Below, piece by piece: positions 24,376 through 33,563 of a stretch of 37,234 nt of DNA (positions are counted from its first letter, which is position 1; the number at the start of each line of letters is the position of its first letter). The stretch comes from an uncultured Ktedonobacterales bacterium (GTDB lineage Bacteria > Chloroflexota > Ktedonobacteria > Ktedonobacterales > JADMIN01). The notes under the pieces were generated by a model. The model saw only the letters and a list, made by a program, of their open reading frames with translations, made no database searches and was not told where the DNA came from. A program made the position numbers and the translations under genes. The stretch covers positions 1 to 37,234 of the forward strand of contig CAYYCB010000004.1 of the NCBI GenBank assembly GCA_964469715.1. The letters run 5' to 3'.

Positions 24376-26391
24376 GTGAGTAATCATCTCCACCAGGGGC
24401 ACTCCCAGAGTAGTGCGGACGCCTATGACGTCATCGTCGTCGGCGCGGGACATGCCGGCTGCGAGGCGGCCTTGGCTAGCGCCAGGATGGGCCGTCGAAC
24501 GCTGCTCCTGACGATGAATCTAGACAGCGTCGCCCTTATGCCCTGCAATCCCTCGATTGGAGGACCGGCTAAGGGGCACTTGGTCCGTGAGATCGACGCC
24601 CTTGGTGGCGAAATGGGACGCAATACCGACAAGACGTTCATCCAGATTCGCCTGCTGAATACGGGCAAAGGCCCGGCTGTGCAAGCGTTACGTGCCCAGT
24701 GCGATAAGCAAGCGTATCGTCTGAGCATGAAATATACGCTTGAAACACAGCCGGGCCTTGACCTGAAGCAGGACACGGTAGCCCGACTCCTTTCTGATGC
24801 GGATGCCACTGGTCGGCCAGTCGTACAAGGGGTAGTCACCACAAACGGTACCACCTACTCAGCCGCGAGCGTGGTGCTCACCACAGGGACATTCATCAAC
24901 GGCCGGCTTGTCATCGGTGAGAAGACGCAGGCCGGTGGGCGCGCCGGCGAGGCGCCAGCGCTCGGTATTTCAGGCGCACTGACCGAACTGGGTCTGGCAG
25001 TGCGCAGGTTCAAGACCGGAACGCCACCGCGCATCGATGCTCGGACCGTGGACTTCTCGGCAAGTGTGATTCAGCCAGGCAGCCGGACCCCCCTCTACTT
25101 TTCGTTCGATCCAGCGTCCCGTGAAGAGGTTTTGCTGGCTGGGCGTCCCAATCCCTTATATCCCCTTCCACCCGAACACGTCACGACTTGGAGGTCCCAG
25201 CTTCCTTGTTATCTGGTCCACACCACCCCTGAGACCCACGACATCATCAAGCGTAACCTGCACCGCTCGCCTCTCTACTCCGGAATCATTGAGGGAACTG
25301 GCCCGCGCTACTGCCCTTCAATTGAAGACAAGGTGGTTCGGTTCGCCGACAAGGAGACACATCAGATCTTCTTGGAGCCAGAGGGATGGAGGACGAACGA
25401 GGTCTACGTCCAGGGTATGAACACAAGCCTGCCCGAAGACGTGCAAATGGACATGCTGCGGAGCGTACCCGGCCTTGAGCATGTCGAGCTCATGCGCACT
25501 GGATATGCGGTCGAGTATGATTACGTTCCTCCCGACCAGCTCCTGCCCACGCTCCAGGCGAAGGCTGTTGTCGGGCTATTTCTTGCCGGCCAGATCAACG
25601 GCACGTCGGGCTACGAGGAGGCCGCGGCCCAAGGCATTATGGCTGGCGTTAACGCGGCACTCCATGCCTGCGGCGACGCCCCCTTCATCTTGCGTCGCGA
25701 CGAGGCTTACATCGGCGTTCTCATCGACGATCTCGTTACAAGGGCGCCTGCTGAGCCATACCGTCTGCACACCTCACGAGCAGAGCACAGGCTCCTCCTG
25801 AGGCACGACAACGCGGATCTCAGGCTGTCGGGCCATGCACACCGCTTGGGTCTCATCTCCGCCGAACAGTTCGAACGGGTCGAGCGGCGCAGCCTCCTCG
25901 CGGACACTGCTGAGCAAACGTTGTCGCGCACCGTCTTCACGCCGGCCGCTCGTTTGCAAGAACATGCTGAAACGCTGGGCCTACGTCCGCTGTCACACGC
26001 GATGACCGCGAATGAGCTGCTTCGACGCCCTGAGGTGACCTACAGCGCAGTACGCCAGCTTGCCCTACAAGTGAACGATGACCTTCCCGAGCTCGATGCG
26101 GATACCGCAGTCGAGGTTGAGTTGCGTGTAAAATATGCGGGCTACGTGAGGAAAGAGCATCAAAGTGTTCGGCGGCTTTCGCGGCTCGAAGATGCGTCCA
26201 TTCCGGAGCTGATCGATTACGAAGAGTTGGATGGCCTGCGCAAAGAAGCCAGACAACATCTCTTGCGTGTACGACCCATGACAATTGGCCAGGCTGGTCG
26301 CATACCCGGCGTCACACCGGCGGATGTTTCGATCCTGCTCGTCCATGTCGAGCGCATGCGTCGCTCGGCGGTACGTGCGCGTCGGGCCTGA
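24376..26391 (+). CDS. mnmG: tRNA uridine 5-carboxymethylaminomethyl modification enzyme MnmG (GidA)
   Basis: [19 protein letters not shown] motif, plus [35 protein letters not shown] and [16 protein letters not shown]. Confidence 0.95.
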   Translation: MSNHLHQGHSQSSADAYDVIVVGAGHAGCEAALASARMGRRTLLLTMNLDSVALMPCNPSIGGPAKGHLVREIDALGGEMGRNTDKTFIQIRLLNTGKGPAVQALRAQCDKQAYRLSMKYTLETQPGLDLKQDTVARLLSDADATGRPVVQGVVTTNGTTYSAASVVLTTGTFINGRLVIGEKTQAGGRAGEAPALGISGALTELGLAVRRFKTGTPPRIDARTVDFSASVIQPGSRTPLYFSFDPASREEVLLAGRPNPLYPLPPEHVTTWRSQLPCYLVHTTPETHDIIKRNLHRSPLYSGIIEGTGPRYCPSIEDKVVRFADKETHQIFLEPEGWRTNEVYVQGMNTSLPEDVQMDMLRSVPGLEHVELMRTGYAVEYDYVPPDQLLPTLQAKAVVGLFLAGQINGTSGYEEAAAQGIMAGVNAALHACGDAPFILRRDEAYIGVLIDDLVTRAPAEPYRLHTSRAEHRLLLRHDNADLRLSGHAHRLGLISAEQFERVERRSLLADTAEQTLSRTVFTPAARLQEHAETLGLRPLSHAMTANELLRRPEVTYSAVRQLALQVNDDLPELDADTAVEVELRVKYAGYVRKEHQSVRRLSRLEDASIPELIDYEELDGLRKEARQHLLRVRPMTIGQAGRIPGVTPADVSILLVHVERMRRSAVRARRA

Positions 26392-26547
26392 TCTGCCCGT
26401 CAGATAGTGCCGCTGGGTGTTAGCGATCAACGGTACGCTTGACGCGGCCTATAGCATGGCGACGGCGCACGTGAGCATACTATCTGTGGGCAGAACGTTC
26501 CGCAGATATCCAAAGACACGACTGCAAGGTCTCAAGGAGGCAGGCAC

Positions 26548-27240
26548 GTGCGCATTCTGATCGTGGATGATGATCCCCTCGGAAGCCGCATGATGCAATT
26601 CTTGTTGTCTGAGCAGGGGTATCACGTGGACACAGTAGACAATGCGCGTGGTGCGCTGGCAATGGTCGAGCGCCAGCCTCCTGATCTCATGCTCCTAGAC
26701 GTCAACCTGCCTCAGCTTAGCGGCTTTGAGATGTATCAGCGCCTCCTTGACCATGACTACGACCTGCCGGTCATCTTCGTGACGGCGAAAGGCGAGCTCG
26801 AAGATCGATTGCAGGGTTTGCGGATGGGCGCTGACGACTACATCTGCAAACCATTTCAACCGGCTGAGCTCACAGCTCGTGTAGAGGCCGTCCTCCGGCG
26901 CTACCGCAAGGCGAGCGTAGGCGACGGCAAGCAGGTGCGTGCCGGAGATCTAGACATCGACGTCGCCGCTCTCGAAGTACGCCTGCCCGATGGGCGGAAC
27001 GCACGACTCACACCGACCGAGATGAAGCTCTTGTTGCAGCTCGCCCAGCGACCTGGGCGTGTGATAGCTCGTGACGAGCTCATGGAGAGCGTCTGGGGCG
27101 AGAACTACGTCGGCGAGAGCAACATCGTCGACGTCTACATCCGGCGCCTGCGCATCAAGGTTGAGCGCGACCCCGCCAATCCCGCGCTTATCCAGTCAGC
27201 ACGCGGCCAGGGCTATCGTCTCGGCGAGGCGGCCGAATAA
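26548..27240 (+). CDS. OmpR-family response regulator (canonical receiver)
   Basis: ILIVDDDP, LMLLDVNLP, VIFVTA and CKPF receiver residues, with a C-terminal wHTH (LTPTEMKLLLQL...GQGYRL). GTG start preceded by AAGGAGG. Confidence 0.9.
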   Translation: MRILIVDDDPLGSRMMQFLLSEQGYHVDTVDNARGALAMVERQPPDLMLLDVNLPQLSGFEMYQRLLDHDYDLPVIFVTAKGELEDRLQGLRMGADDYICKPFQPAELTARVEAVLRRYRKASVGDGKQVRAGDLDIDVAALEVRLPDGRNARLTPTEMKLLLQLAQRPGRVIARDELMESVWGENYVGESNIVDVYIRRLRIKVERDPANPALIQSARGQGYRLGEAAE

Positions 27241-27269
27241 GATCTCGTGCGGACGAAGTATGAGGATAG

Positions 27270-28877
27270 GTGGGCGATATGATGCGTGTGAAGGAGTACG
27301 CTGACGACGTAGACGCACGCGCAGGCGTCATGGCCCTCGATATCGCGCGTGCGGCCGCGGGGCAAGCGTCAGCGGCGACACTCTTCCAGAGCCTCACCAA
27401 TTATCTAGTCACCGCGCTAGATGTGGATTCTGCCTCTCTTTTCTTGCACAGCGCCGATCATTACACCGTGCGTTCGCGCCCTTCACTGCACGCAGTCTCT
27501 TTGAGTGTGCGCGGAGCCCAGAGTGATTCACTAACGCGCAGGCTCAAAGTTCACGCTTACCGTGCCCAAATTGCTGGTCATGCCGTCTCCCGAATCATCA
27601 CTGGAAGCGATGTATCTAAGAGGCAACAGGTAGTTGCAGTCCCGTTAGGCGGCAAGGATACATGGGGTGTCGTAGCGGCAGAAGGGCCAGCGCATGGTTA
27701 CGCGGAGACGCATGACGATCTCGCCCGATTGCTAACGGCAGTGGCGCCGTCCCTCTCACTCGCCATACGCCAAGCGCATCTAACCGAAGTGGCACAGCAT
27801 ACCGAGCACCGCGCAGCGCAGCGTAGCACGCTGTTTTCCGTGACCTCTGAAGCCATTCTCTCCATTGGTGAAGACTTCGTCATTCGTGAGGTGAACCCCG
27901 CATTCGCGCGCCTCTCGGGATGGCCGGAGTCGACCGCTGTGGGCGCGTCGTGCATGGAAGTCCTGAAGTGCCGAGATGAGCGCAAGACCTTGCTCTGCGG
28001 GACAAATCGATGTCCGATCTCCAGGGCATTCAGAGGTGAGGACGACGAAGAACAATCAATTCGCGATCTCACATGGGAAACCCGCACGGGGAAGCGCCTC
28101 GACCTGTCGGCCAGTGTCGCGGTACAGCGGACCTCGCAGGATGTGCTCTCGGTCATCGTCGCACGCGACGTTACCGCACTCAACGGCGCGAATCGTATGC
28201 GCGCCAATTTCATCTCTATGGTGTCTCACGAGCTTCGCACCCCGCTCAACTCCGTAAATGGGTTCCTCGAAATCGTGGCCGAGGGTCAGGTGGGGCCGCT
28301 CAACGAGCGGCAGCTTGAATTCCTCACCTATGCGCGCATTAGCACGCAGCAGCTCACAACGCTCGTCGAAGACATCCTATTCATCAGCAAAGCCGATTCT
28401 GGGCTGTTCACCTTACGGGTGACTGATGTTGAGGTCAATCGACTGGTTGAACACGCGCTGCAAGCTGTGCGAGCGGCCGCGGATAAAGAGCAGATGAGGA
28501 TCTCTCTCTCGATTGGGCCGGATGTCGCCGTGGTGCGTGGCGACGAGCTTCGCCTTCAGCAAGTGCTCACAAATCTGCTGGGCAATGCTGTCAAGTTCTC
28601 GCCGCCAGAGAGCGTGATCGACCTGTGTGTGGACTGTCGAGGCCAGGATGTCGTGTTCTCGGTCGCGGATCGAGGGCCGGGTGTCCCGGTAGAGGACCAC
28701 GTTCGTATATTCGAGCGATTCTATCAGTCAGACAACGCTATGCGCGAGCGATCGGGCGGTTATGGCCTCGGGCTGGCGATTGCAAAACTCATCGTTGAGC
28801 ATCATGGCGGCCGCATCTGGGTGGAGAGCCCACCTGAGGGGGGCGCGACGTTCTACTTCACGGTCCCTACGTCGTAG
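27270..28877 (+). CDS. Cytoplasmic GAF-PAS sensor histidine kinase with a four-Cys PAS domain
   Basis: H-box SHELRTPL, N-box LTNLLGNAVKFS, G-boxes DRGPGV and GYGLGLAI. No TM segments. The PAS region carries C-x5-C-x8-C-x4-C. The start is uncertain among 27270, 27279 and 27282. Confidence 0.9.
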   Translation: MGDMMRVKEYADDVDARAGVMALDIARAAAGQASAATLFQSLTNYLVTALDVDSASLFLHSADHYTVRSRPSLHAVSLSVRGAQSDSLTRRLKVHAYRAQIAGHAVSRIITGSDVSKRQQVVAVPLGGKDTWGVVAAEGPAHGYAETHDDLARLLTAVAPSLSLAIRQAHLTEVAQHTEHRAAQRSTLFSVTSEAILSIGEDFVIREVNPAFARLSGWPESTAVGASCMEVLKCRDERKTLLCGTNRCPISRAFRGEDDEEQSIRDLTWETRTGKRLDLSASVAVQRTSQDVLSVIVARDVTALNGANRMRANFISMVSHELRTPLNSVNGFLEIVAEGQVGPLNERQLEFLTYARISTQQLTTLVEDILFISKADSGLFTLRVTDVEVNRLVEHALQAVRAAADKEQMRISLSIGPDVAVVRGDELRLQQVLTNLLGNAVKFSPPESVIDLCVDCRGQDVVFSVADRGPGVPVEDHVRIFERFYQSDNAMRERSGGYGLGLAIAKLIVEHHGGRIWVESPPEGGATFYFTVPTS

Positions 28878-28895
28878 TGTGAACCCCGCTCAGCT

Positions 28896-29687
28896 TTAGC
28901 GGCGCGCATCGAGGATGAGGCGCGGGCTGTCGTGCTCGAAGGGCCCCAGATCGTAGGAGCCGTAGGTCGACTCGATGGAGAACCCCGCACGCAGCACTTC
29001 AGAAACTACCTCTCCATAGGTCAGGGCGGCCAACAACATGTTGGAGGTGGTGCGTTTCACAGCGTCGCCTTGGTGATAGAGATCGTAGACGTGCAGCACA
29101 TCAACCGTTGAAGGCAGCGGACCGGGTGTGCCGGCGACAAAGTGCATCAGCTCGCCCGACGAGTCAGGCAGCGCCCACGACCCTTGCCACCACAGCAAGC
29201 GCGGGAACTCAAGTAAGCGCTTTGGACCTAAGAGGTCAATATCCAGAACGATCTGTCCCCCCGGCCGTATCAGGCGGCTAACCGCGACCAGCGCTTCGTA
29301 GCGGTCGTCAACGGTCGTCAGGTGGGCATATGAGCCCTGGCCGAATAGCGCCATATCGAATACCTGGGTTGTGGAGAGCCCAGGAGCAGTCGCCGATCCT
29401 TCCTCGGAGCGCACCCGATGTCGTACGCGGTCGGGCAGCTTAAGAAACCGTTCTTCGGCTCGGCGGCGCATGGCCGTTGACGGTTCGATGCCAGTCACCT
29501 GATGCCCTGCGGCGGCTAGTGCCGCCGCGATTCGGCCCGTCCCACTGCCGATCTCGACGATGGCTGCTCTCCCAGATGCGGGAGCTGCGACAAGCGACAG
29601 GTAGCATTCGATGTCGTCCGCGAAGGTGTCATGCTCAAGGTCATACCACTCGGCAATACCGTCGTATGGATCGAACTGATCGCTCAC
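28896..29687 (-). CDS. Class I SAM-dependent methyltransferase
   Basis: Motif I IVEIGSGTGRIA followed by the acidic GIEPS loop. GTG start. Confidence 0.75.
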   Translation of the reverse strand: MSDQFDPYDGIAEWYDLEHDTFADDIECYLSLVAAPASGRAAIVEIGSGTGRIAAALAAAGHQVTGIEPSTAMRRRAEERFLKLPDRVRHRVRSEEGSATAPGLSTTQVFDMALFGQGSYAHLTTVDDRYEALVAVSRLIRPGGQIVLDIDLLGPKRLLEFPRLLWWQGSWALPDSSGELMHFVAGTPGPLPSTVDVLHVYDLYHQGDAVKRTTSNMLLAALTYGEVVSEVLRAGFSIESTYGSYDLGPFEHDSPRLILDARR

Positions 29688-29781
29688 CTGCCCTGCTCCC
29701 CGCGTGATGAATTGCCGTTCCTCTCATTATGCCCAACTATGGGCCGCGGTTCGCAAGGGCGATCCCTATTGCCCAAATAGA

Positions 29782-29823
29782 GAAGCGGCAGGCCGCGCAC
29801 AAATGCGCGCGGCCTGCCGCTTC
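29782..29823 (-). terminator. Strong stem-loop terminator downstream of ytxH-like gene
   Basis: A 17 bp perfect stem: GAAGCGGCAGGCCGCGC (29782-29798) pairs with GCGCGGCCTGCCGCTTC (29807-29823). On the minus strand it is followed by the T-containing CTCTATTTGGG. Confidence 0.65.
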
Positions 29824-29836
29824 AAGTGCGCCGTTG

Positions 29837-30118
29837 CTAGCGCGTAGAGGAGCTCAACGACTGCTGAGCCTGGTCGGCTGTGGTGTTAGTCGCCTGCTGC
29901 GCCTGATTGAGCGTGTTGTTGACCGCTTGGCGGCCCGTCTCGATGGCGCTCGTCGCCTGGCCGCGGAGGTCTCCGAGCCGGCTCTGCGCCGTGTTCTGCC
30001 ACTCGTTGAGTCGTTCCTGAAGCTGTGCGCGAGTCACATCACCCCGTTGCGGCGCGAAAAGCAACCCCAGCGCGGCGCCGATAGCGCTACCCCAAATGAA
30101 CGCGCGAATCGTCTTCAT
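29837..30118 (-). CDS. YtxH-domain protein
   Basis: MKTIRAFIWGSAIGAALGLLFAPQRG is the YtxH signature, followed by a Gln/Ala-rich coiled region. SD GGAGG is upstream of ATG 30118. The longer ORF to 30271 is rejected. Confidence 0.6.
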   Translation of the reverse strand: MKTIRAFIWGSAIGAALGLLFAPQRGDVTRAQLQERLNEWQNTAQSRLGDLRGQATSAIETGRQAVNNTLNQAQQATNTTADQAQQSLSSSTR

Positions 30119-30183
30119 GGTACCGAAACCTCCTGATCGGTGAAACGTCTGTTTGCCGCCGCACCCGGCCGACACGCGGAAGC

Positions 30184-30192
30184 TTACTAGCA
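30184..30192 (-). promoter_or_regulatory. Extended -10 promoter element TGCTAGTAA
   Basis: The minus strand reads TGcTAGTAA, ~65 nt upstream of the ytxH-like ATG. Confidence 0.3.
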
Positions 30193-30282
30193 ATCCCTGT
30201 GCCAGTGGCAGGTCATCTTCAGGTAGCAAGGAGCTCGGTGTCTTCCAATATCGGACGGCTCGGCAAGGCATACAATGAGGTC

Positions 30283-31143
30283 TCAGCCGGCCTCAACTTC
30301 GATGCCTAGTCGTCCAAGCAGACCCCGCACGATGGATGCGGGATATGATACCGGGAGCCGTCCTGCAGGCCCATGAGAGTCCGACCCGGCGCTTACGACT
30401 AAACCCTTCTTGGCCGCCAATTGGCTATACGCGGCGACTTGCTGGTCGCTGTGCAGGGGATAGTACGCCTCGATGCCGTCTAGCGCCGTCTCACCAATCA
30501 GTTCTAGCACCAACTCTGGAGAATATTCCTGTATTTCTCCGCCTCCCCGCCCTGGATGCGCCAAGATTGCCAGCGCGCCAGACGCATGAGCAGCTGCAAC
30601 GACGTCGCTCAGTGGTGAAGTCGCGATGACATATCCCGCGTCGGTAATCTGCTCCAGCGCGGCGTCCATGCTCGGTGCGTAGCCGTGAGAGACCAGCAAG
30701 ATAGCATTATCCACCGGACGCCGTGGTTCTCCGCCGGTCTCGGCCAACAGATCTGCCTGGCGAGGGAAGCGATGACCGCGGCGCAGAAGCTCATCGAATA
30801 CGTCGCGCGTATTGAGTGCCATGCGCTCCACAGTTCCCGCGACCAAATCAAGCAGTGGTGATCCAATCGTGTGCGGGGCATAGCAGAGGACATGGGCTAC
30901 TCGGCCTCGCCACGACGCTGTGGCTTCAACTCCGGCGATGACCGCGACGCCGGATGCCTCTGCCAGCCTGCGGACCACTTCCACGCCCGCAGCCGTGTCG
31001 TGGTCGGTAATGCCGATGAGGCGAAAGCCTTGCGACTGGACATGCTCCACGAGTGCGAGAGGCGTCCAGGTTCCATCGCTGTAGATCGTATGGATCTGTA
31101 GGTCGACGGCGCTATCTGGCCCCAGCATATGTCGTGTGCTCAT
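30283..31143 (-). CDS. PHP-domain metal-dependent phosphoesterase
   Basis: DLQIHTIYSDG, GITDHD and AHPGR motifs. The ATG overlaps the upstream GT4 stop (ATGA at 31140-31143). Confidence 0.75.
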   Translation of the reverse strand: MSTRHMLGPDSAVDLQIHTIYSDGTWTPLALVEHVQSQGFRLIGITDHDTAAGVEVVRRLAEASGVAVIAGVEATASWRGRVAHVLCYAPHTIGSPLLDLVAGTVERMALNTRDVFDELLRRGHRFPRQADLLAETGGEPRRPVDNAILLVSHGYAPSMDAALEQITDAGYVIATSPLSDVVAAAHASGALAILAHPGRGGGEIQEYSPELVLELIGETALDGIEAYYPLHSDQQVAAYSQLAAKKGLVVSAGSDSHGPAGRLPVSYPASIVRGLLGRLGIEVEAG

Positions 31144-32282
31144 AGGCCCACTTGCGCCCGACTCTGGCGCGCCGCCCAGTAGCTTTGTGCGTCGCTGTAG
31201 ACGCGGGCAAGCTTGCGCGCCACCTGCTCCTGAGTGAATCGCTCGATGACGCGCGCACGTCCGCGCCGACCAAGCTCATCGCGGAGCGCCTGATCATCGA
31301 AGATGCTGGTGAGCGCTGCACGAAGCTGCTCAACATTCCCTTCGGGCACGATGAGGCCAGCGTCGCCGATGACCTCAGGAATGAGGCCGGAGTCGGAGCC
31401 GACAACGGGCACTTCGCACGACATCGCCTCGATCAGAACACGGCCAAACTGTTCCGTCCAATTGGGCCGGCTGAGAGACGGCAGCGCAAGCACATCTAGC
31501 TCGGCCAGCGCCTGTGGCACCTCCGTCGTGGCAACGGCTGGCACGAATTCCACGCGCGCATCCAACTCCGCGGCAGCCACGAGCCGCCGAAGCTCAGTCT
31601 CGTCGGGTCCTGTACCAATAAATCGCAAGGAGCAGGAATCCGGCATGTTTGCCAGAGCTTCGATCAACAGAGCGGTGCCCTTATACAGTACGAGCCGCCC
31701 CAGGTATCCAATGATAAAGCGGGTGTCATCACGCCGCCGCTGTTGAGGCGAGAAGAGATCAGGATCGACACCATGCACGGAAAATGCCGAGAGCGGGCCG
31801 GTGTATCCCTTGCGACGCACGACCTCCGCCGCGCCAGGATTGCCGGCGACGATATGCGACGTTCGGATGTATGCGCGTTGTTCGAGTTGGGCGAACGGGA
31901 GCGGATAGCTGCGAAATATGTTCTGCCACGCGACGAACACCGAAGGCACGTGCAGTCGGTCCGCAATATGCTGCGCCTGGGCGCCGGCCGGGTTGTATGG
32001 CTCCTCATCGATGTGAATGAGATCGGGGCTCAGACTAGCAAGGATCTTCCCTAGGCCGCGATACCAATAGAAGTGATACTTGCCATTGAAGCGGACTGGG
32101 AGGCAGCGATAGGCATAGCCCTCTGTGAACCTTGGCACAAAGGGGAGTGCGCGCCCGTCATCAGAGCGCCACACGTCTGGTGTGATGAGCGTAAGCTCGA
32201 TATCCGGCTGGCGCACGATCCATTCAAGTTGGCGCTGTGCCGTGGTGAACACGAACGTCTTTGAGACGATGGCGACGTGCAT
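31140..32282 (-). CDS. Glycosyltransferase family 4 (GT-B)
   Basis: C-terminal EQFGRVLIEAMSCEVPVVGSDSG motif (E-x7-E type). ATG 32282 (MHVAIVSK) lies directly after the upstream stop. The extension to 32378 is rejected. Confidence 0.8.
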   Translation of the reverse strand: MHVAIVSKTFVFTTAQRQLEWIVRQPDIELTLITPDVWRSDDGRALPFVPRFTEGYAYRCLPVRFNGKYHFYWYRGLGKILASLSPDLIHIDEEPYNPAGAQAQHIADRLHVPSVFVAWQNIFRSYPLPFAQLEQRAYIRTSHIVAGNPGAAEVVRRKGYTGPLSAFSVHGVDPDLFSPQQRRRDDTRFIIGYLGRLVLYKGTALLIEALANMPDSCSLRFIGTGPDETELRRLVAAAELDARVEFVPAVATTEVPQALAELDVLALPSLSRPNWTEQFGRVLIEAMSCEVPVVGSDSGLIPEVIGDAGLIVPEGNVEQLRAALTSIFDDQALRDELGRRGRARVIERFTQEQVARKLARVYSDAQSYWAARQSRAQVGL

Positions 32283-32283
32283 G

Positions 32284-33447
32284 CTAATACCGCTTGGTGC
32301 CTGTGACTTCGGCGAAGAGCGAACTTGTCTCCACCGCGACCTGATCCCAACTGAACTGGCGAACTCTTGCCAACCCACGGGCGCGTAAATCCTCGCGAAG
32401 CGGCCCCTGCGTCAGCACACGGTAGATCGCACCCCCAAATGCATCTGGGTCGTCGGGATCGACGAGAATGCCGGCGCTCCCGACGACCTCCGGCAAGGAG
32501 GTACGATCCGAGCAGACGACCGGCGCTCCGCATGCCATCGCCTCAAGAGGTGTCAGCCCGAAGCCTTCATACAGAGAAGCAAACGCAAAACACGTCGCTG
32601 CGCTATACAAAGCGGGAAGGTCCTCCTCATCCACGGGCATGCATACCACGCTGTCCAGGATGCCGAATGTCGCCGCCACAGGTCGCCAGTCGGGGAAGAG
32701 TGGACTCGTGCCAAGGCGGCGCGGATTGCCAGCGATGAACAGCCGAAGGTCTGGATCGCGTACCTGATGATAGACCGCCGCGAAGGCTCCGATAAGTGCC
32801 GCAACGTTCTTGCGCTGGTCAAGGCCGCCCACGTTCAGCACGAACCGGTCGCCAACACCATACGTCTGGCGTACGGCGCGCAAGCGTTGCGGGTCCGTTA
32901 TGCGGCGATACTGCGCGGCGGGCGCCTCGCGCACTACCCGAACGCGCTCCTCGGGTACGCCGAGCACCTCGACGATATCCTGTTTGGAGTGGTCCGACAC
33001 GGTGATGATCATCGTCGTCGCGCGAGCCGCCCGCAAAATGAGCTGATTATAGAGCGTCATGGTTGGAGATGCGCGATATGCAGGCAGGCGGAAGTTGATG
33101 ACATCGTGGACCGTGACCACGCTGGGGATGCCTTGTGAGCGCAGGGGCGGAGCAAAATGCGGCACATGCATCACATTGGCGTCCGCGTGCTTGGCGGCCG
33201 CGGGGAAGGTACGCTGTTCCCAAACGACCTTTTCCACGTTCTCCCCGACGCCGAGCCGGCCGACCGGCACCGTTTCCCAGTGGAAGGTAGACGGTGTCTC
33301 CGGGATGGCAAGAGGCACACGTGGGCTGAGGATGATGTATTCGTTGATACCGTCGACGCGACCGAGCGCCTCCAGCAGATTCACAAGATACCGCCCGGTG
33401 CCGACCTTCGGATCCTGTAGAAACAAGCCATTTATGGCGACGCGCAT
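32284..33447 (-). CDS. Glycosyltransferase family 4 (GT-B)
   Basis: EGFGLTPLEAMACGAPVVCSDRTSLPEV motif. ATG 33447 is preceded by GAGG with a 9 nt spacer; an alternative GTG lies at 33462. Confidence 0.8.
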   Translation of the reverse strand: MRVAINGLFLQDPKVGTGRYLVNLLEALGRVDGINEYIILSPRVPLAIPETPSTFHWETVPVGRLGVGENVEKVVWEQRTFPAAAKHADANVMHVPHFAPPLRSQGIPSVVTVHDVINFRLPAYRASPTMTLYNQLILRAARATTMIITVSDHSKQDIVEVLGVPEERVRVVREAPAAQYRRITDPQRLRAVRQTYGVGDRFVLNVGGLDQRKNVAALIGAFAAVYHQVRDPDLRLFIAGNPRRLGTSPLFPDWRPVAATFGILDSVVCMPVDEEDLPALYSAATCFAFASLYEGFGLTPLEAMACGAPVVCSDRTSLPEVVGSAGILVDPDDPDAFGGAIYRVLTQGPLREDLRARGLARVRQFSWDQVAVETSSLFAEVTGTKRY

Positions 33448-33547
33448 GAAAGTGGGCCTCACTCACGGTGGATCGAATTGTCAGATTGGCACGTATATGC
33501 ACCGGCCGCTGTGTACAATAAGCGGTCCGCCGCTAGACAGCCCGCAC

Positions 33548-33556
33548 AGTGTAGCA
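33548..33556 (-). promoter_or_regulatory. Extended -10-like element TGCTACACT
   Basis: Minus strand, in the 100 nt gap between the O-antigen-ligase-like stop and the GT4 start. Confidence 0.3.
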
Positions 33557-33563
33557 CACCACG

